64,000 nt of DNA from NCBI GenBank assembly GCA_054600435.1, contig BAAIJX010000012.1:124001-188000 (forward strand), read 5' to 3'. Source of the DNA: Neophaeotheca triangularis (Eukaryota). Both the position numbers and the translations under genes were made by a program. This document shows positions 59,350 to 64,000 of the stretch, piece after piece. The notes under the pieces were generated by a model. It was not told the origin of the DNA, did not search any database, and saw only the letters and a list, made by a program, of their open reading frames with translations. Within the stretch, counting starts at the first letter, position 1. Each line of letters opens with the position of its first letter.

Positions 59350-60349
59350 ACTGAGTGTTTGGTGGGGCGTTTCAATGAATGTGTTTCTTCTCTCGCGCAC
59401 GTATCGATGCTTTGTGTGATATCAGAGGGGGTTGGTCGATGGCAAGGTAGAGAGGGGGAGCAAGCGATCGGAAAGGATGGGAGAAGGTGAGGCGGCGGTG
59501 GAGGTAGCAAGCAGGCAAGGTAGAGGCGGAAAGGTGAGATTAGAAGGAAGCAGATCAGGATGGTACGGTGGGTGTTGGTTGGTCGTTGGTTAATCTCGAC
59601 CTGTTTCGGGTTGAGTCAGCCAGGCAGGCACTGGGTGGGAAGTACCTCGACGAGCAATAAGGGTAAGTGCCAGGCAGTACGCGTGGTTGTACTCTGCTGT
59701 CAAGCTCTGGGAGCGCTTACCTAGGTAGGACTGTTCTATCGTGTCGTTCGGCATGAGATGTGTCGTGGCGTGCTTAGTCGGACTGGGAGCAAACAGGAGG
59801 AATGGAAGGTAAGCCTACTACTGTACCTACTAGTAGGTATGCAATAAATAATGACAAACAGGCAGTAAAGGAAGGTAAGGTAGGAGGGCCTGTTTGGGGC
59901 GGGAAGGGGCACGCGTGTCAAGAACAAGAAGAGACGAAGAGGGTCTCGAGGAGGAGTGAGTGGAGTGCAGGGAGAGTCAGGGCAGCAGGGAGTTGTTCGG
60001 AGGTGCGAGTAGTCACTTAGCGTGTGGGGAGGGAGGTCTCAGGTCTCAGGTCTCAGGTCTTAGGTCTGCCTTGGGGAGGGGCCAAGGCCAGGGGGTATAA
60101 TTCATAATTCATATTGATTCTGGCGAACAAAGGGACCTCAAGCAAGCTGAAAGCTGAAAGCAAGCGAATGGACAAGAGGCTATGGAGAAGAGAGGATGCA
60201 GCGCTAGTTAGTTACCTTACGGCGCAAATAGGAAGAAGATGACGCCTCCCCTGTCAGGTACACTACCTACTACCTTAGGTACTGTGCACCACCTGCTGTA
60301 CCTGCCTAGGTAGGTAGCTTCCATGCACGTTATCATCAAGTTACTGCCC

Positions 60350-60432
60350 ACTCATCTCATCTCATCTCATCTCATCTCATCTTAAGAACAACTGGTAGGT
60401 GTTATTATTATTATTATGATTATTATGATTAT
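60350..60432. repeat. (CTCAT)6 and (ATT)n microsatellites in the SKT5-CHS divergent intergenic region
   Basis: Directly visible. A (TCTCAGG)n run also lies at about 60035-60067. Confidence 0.85.
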
Positions 60433-62036
60433 TTCCCCCAAAAAAAAGACGGGATGTCGCACGCACGCACGTTCTAGCCCTGCATAAGGAGGATCTACAC
60501 ACGAGCGCGCTACACACAAAGTTTGCCCTAGATGCGCAACTTGACGGTTAGCTACCTTTTTATACACGCCGACTGTACCTACCACGGCTAGTCGGATATT
60601 ATTATTCCAAAAAGTCTAAAAGTGAAGAGTCAAGAATACCTAATGTTTCTGTTTTTGGAATGCAGCGAATGCTATCTACAGGTAGTGCTTAGATGGGTGG
60701 GTAACTTGATAACTTGGTATCCTTGGACCTTGGTAGATGGTACTACTGTTATCCGCCGTTGGTTGCTTGCGTCGACACATGTAGACCACTCGTCGACGGA
60801 CATTCTCATGCTCTCTTTCGCCTTGGACATGTGATGTGGCGTGGACAATCAGAGGCCAAGACTGCCTTACATGCCTAGGTAGAGGCTGAGAGAGGCTGCC
60901 CTGAAAGTCGTCGTCGTCACAGAGACCTACCTACGTGCCAGTTCCATCATAGAAGAGGTAGGTAAGTACCTAGGTATATTGCTCAATGCTTGGTGTACTA
61001 GTAGATGATGGGATTTAGCGCGGATTATCGATACTTTTACTGTTTGTACATTGGAGGCTCATGTTTGGCCTTCATAATTACTAGTAACTAGGTACTCACT
61101 ACTGTATGTACCTTGGCTAGACTTCATGTGGTATTCAAGGCGAAAAGGAAGGAACGGAACGAAGTGCGTTGTAAAAGTGTAAAAGCTACCAAGAGCGGAA
61201 AGCTACATCATCCGTACCTAGGTAACCGTGACCATTGCGCTGGTGCTGGAAGGCTGATGATGGAGTGTGATCGGGAGGAGGCGACTTTTGCTATTTCGGG
61301 CTTGACAGATGCCACTGTCCGTCGTATCCTACAACAAGGCTGTGTACCTACCTATTATGTTGGTGGCCGGCAACGTGCCGTGGACCATGAGCAAACACGA
61401 ACAAGACACGAGAACAACTGTTTTTCCATCCTTCCTTTACGAGCCTCAAGATCAGACGAGGTCAACTTTGATCTGTCGGGTACTACTAAAGCAGGCTGTG
61501 GCAAAGCTGCAATCACGTGATCTCGATCTTCGAGCCGCCACTCAGGGATTGCCCTGGACTGCTGATGGCGCAGGGAACCCCGGTCTACCTTGGTCCCTGA
61601 ACGAAACAACATCTCTCGCCCAATCCTCCTCCTCCTCCATCCTTTTGCTGCTGAATGTTGTCGTCGATACCTGAAGGTACCGTCAATTCACTCTTTTCCA
61701 CTCCCTCCTCACATTCGCTTCCTGGAGCATCAATTTCGCGACGGTAGAGTTGGATATAGCCAGCCTTCTGCACGCACTCCTCTGTGTTACCAATTTTAGC
61801 CCGCCCGCAGTCTAGGTTGCCACCCTTACTGCCACACCAACACTTCGCTTGCCGCTACCACTCGCCTATTGCCCTCACCTACATACTTGACCACAACTTG
61901 AGCTTTTAGGGGCAACACAAAAACAAATCACTGGTACCGGCTGGTGCCATCACAACGGTTCGTGGCTTGAGACAAGGAGTCGTACCTAAGTAGACCTGCA
62001 GACGCCCTGGAATGCTGACCCGCCCTACACAGCACC

Positions 62037-64000
62037 ATGCCTTCGAGCTCCGACATGCCTTCGCGCCCAGAACCGGCATCGCCACGTCGCCGAGACAGTC
62101 GCCGCCATTCAAGGCACGGTTCGAGGAGAGTTTCTGGCTCACGAAACAGAGGGGGCAGAGATTCAGACACAGAAGCTCGCGAGAGCACTCACAGATCGCG
62201 AAGACACAGTCATCGTGGTTCCAGGGGCGACCACGACGAGCCGCGCTCTTCCCACCACCACCGACATCACAGCAGGAGGAGAAGCTCGACGACAACCCGA
62301 CAACAGCCGCCGCGCGGTATCCTCGACAGCGAGAAGCCTTCGTTCCAACCCGACATAGACGCCCGATCTCTACCATCACCAGGCGAACGACTAGGGGATC
62401 GTGATCCCATGATGGCAGCCGCCGCAGCTGCGACGCCGTCGAGAATGTATGGCGAGACTGATCTCAACCGCAAAAGGAGCTTGATTAGGCCGGAGAGGCG
62501 ACGGCGTGATCCAGAGGATCCCAACTATTACTACCGACAGCATGCGCAGCACATGAATGTCATGCCTTCGGAGACTGGCAATGATCCGCAAGTTGAAGAG
62601 GGAGAGGACGAGACGAGTTTCGGTTCCGGGTCGGGGGAGATGAAGAGGGAACAATCAGCATACGATACCAGTGACCCCAGGCCTGATCGAAAGCGCTCGC
62701 ACCGCAAAGATGGAGGCAAGAAGTTACAGAGTAACAAACTCACGCGCAAAAGTACGGCTGACGAAAGGGCCGAGGAGAAGCGAAGACAGAAGCAGCTTGA
62801 TGAGCATCGAGTGCCGACGATATGGGGTACCTATTGTCATTTGGTCACTTTCTGGGCGCCCAACTTCTTGTTGAGCTGTTTTGGTATGCGACAGAAAGAG
62901 CAGCAACGGGCATGGCGTGAGAAGATGGGTCTGATTAGCATCATCATGTGCATCATGGCCTTTGTCGGTTTCCTCACTTTTGGCTTTACCGAAACTGTGT
63001 GTCCAGCTGGCGGACCCACGAGGATGCAGATCAACAAAGTGGATTCTGGACATATGATCTTTCACGGCGTGGCATACGACTTGACGAGATCTCAGCATCC
63101 GCTCGCAAGGGGCATCTCTGACGGCGGCAACGTCCTGTGGGACATGCCAGAAGAACACGGTGGACAAGATGGCAGCTTTCTCTTCCAGAATGTCAATGGC
63201 GCCTGCAAAGGCTTGGTCACCCCGGCCGAGGATTCTGATGTCCCCACGAACAGCGATGGAGACCTTGCCTGGTACTTTCCATGTCAAACGTTCAATCAAG
63301 ACGGCTCGACTGAACCCAACAAAACGATACCCTACTACTTTGGTTACGGCTGCCACACTAGCAAGCTCGCCCGCCAGAACTACTATGGCCTACGCGCATC
63401 TGGAGATGTCTACTTTACGTGGGACGACGTGAAGAACACTTCTCGCAACCTAGTCGTGTACTCGGGTGACGTCCTCGACTTGGATCTGCTGAACTGGTTC
63501 AACACATCTCAGGTCGCTTACCCATCCCAGTTTGACGATATCCGCACGAATGAGCAACTCCGTGGCAAGGACTTGACGCTAGCATTTTCATCTGGAAATT
63601 CGAAGCAAATCGCTCAATGTTTCCAGGACATTATAAAGGTCGGCTCTGTCGACACGGAGACAGTCGGTTGCATTGCCTCCAAGGTCGTTCTCTACGTCTC
63701 GCTCATCTTCATTCTTTCCATTGTGTCGGTGAAATTCCTCTTTGCGCTGCTATTCCAATGGTTTCTGTCAAAGAAGTTCGCTGCGAAGAAAACTTCAATG
63801 GGCGGCGACGAGAAGAAGCGAAGGGACCAAATCGAAGACTGGACCGACGACATTTACCGACCTCCGCCAAAGTTCAATGACCCACTCTCTGGTTCGTCGG
63901 ATAGATCGACCAAGCGCTCAAGCTTCCTGCCGACCACTTCTCGTTTTACGAGCCCGTATGCGATTGAGAATATCAAGTCGAAGAGTAGACCCCCTCCTAC
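62037..64000 (+). CDS. CHS3: Class IV chitin synthase (Chs3/ChsD type), 5' part, truncated by window end
   Basis: Open frame from ATG 62037: [43 protein letters not shown], cytochrome-b5-like [28 protein letters not shown] and [20 protein letters not shown] probable 5'UTR intron acceptor (CTGAC..CAG) sits just upstream. Confidence 0.92.
   Translation, partial: MPSSSDMPSRPEPASPRRRDSRRHSRHGSRRVSGSRNRGGRDSDTEARESTHRSRRHSHRGSRGDHDEPRSSHHHRHHSRRRSSTTTRQQPPRGILDSEKPSFQPDIDARSLPSPGERLGDRDPMMAAAAAATPSRMYGETDLNRKRSLIRPERRRRDPEDPNYYYRQHAQHMNVMPSETGNDPQVEEGEDETSFGSGSGEMKREQSAYDTSDPRPDRKRSHRKDGGKKLQSNKLTRKSTADERAEEKRRQKQLDEHRVPTIWGTYCHLVTFWAPNFLLSCFGMRQKEQQRAWREKMGLISIIMCIMAFVGFLTFGFTETVCPAGGPTRMQINKVDSGHMIFHGVAYDLTRSQHPLARGISDGGNVLWDMPEEHGGQDGSFLFQNVNGACKGLVTPAEDSDVPTNSDGDLAWYFPCQTFNQDGSTEPNKTIPYYFGYGCHTSKLARQNYYGLRASGDVYFTWDDVKNTSRNLVVYSGDVLDLDLLNWFNTSQVAYPSQFDDIRTNEQLRGKDLTLAFSSGNSKQIAQCFQDIIKVGSVDTETVGCIASKVVLYVSLIFILSIVSVKFLFALLFQWFLSKKFAAKKTSMGGDEKKRRDQIEDWTDDIYRPPPKFNDPLSGSSDRSTKRSSFLPTTSRFTSPYAIENIKSKSRPPP

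Overview
Gene-dense, intron-containing DNA from a filamentous ascomycete (GT-AG introns of about 50-290 nt with CTRAY branch sites, and a dispersed 5S rRNA gene). I reconstructed about 23 protein-coding genes by hand across splice sites. They are: an Mpv17/PMP22 protein, PGK1, SEM1, an asparagine-synthetase-domain protein, a 960-aa secreted orphan, two conserved hypotheticals, a CVNH lectin, a ~2020-aa WGxF/poly-Lys repeat protein, another hypothetical, a GNAT, an RGS-LOV photoreceptor, an RTA1-like protein, a cupin-like protein, a TPR-ankyrin-HET/TIR-like protein, TRM11, an aldo-keto reductase, IEC1, a small membrane protein, VRL1 (VPS9-ANK-PX-BAR), a DUF2415-like WD40 protein, and a head-to-head SKT5/CHS4 activator plus class IV chitin synthase pair (the synthase is cut by the window end). 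Highlights: (1) a tail-to-tail pair, cupin-like gene plus TPR-ANK-HET/TIR-like gene, that looks like the two halves of a normally fused fungal protein and is a candidate two-component immune/cell-death module; (2) a hidden intron overlapping the PGK stop codon that gives a peroxisomal -ARL isoform; (3) a secreted Kex2-type polyprotein with amphipathic peptides after dibasic sites and a duplicated two-cysteine domain; (4) a recurring C-rich to G-rich codon switch at CDS 3' ends. Family assignments come from motif recognition and memory, not from database searches.
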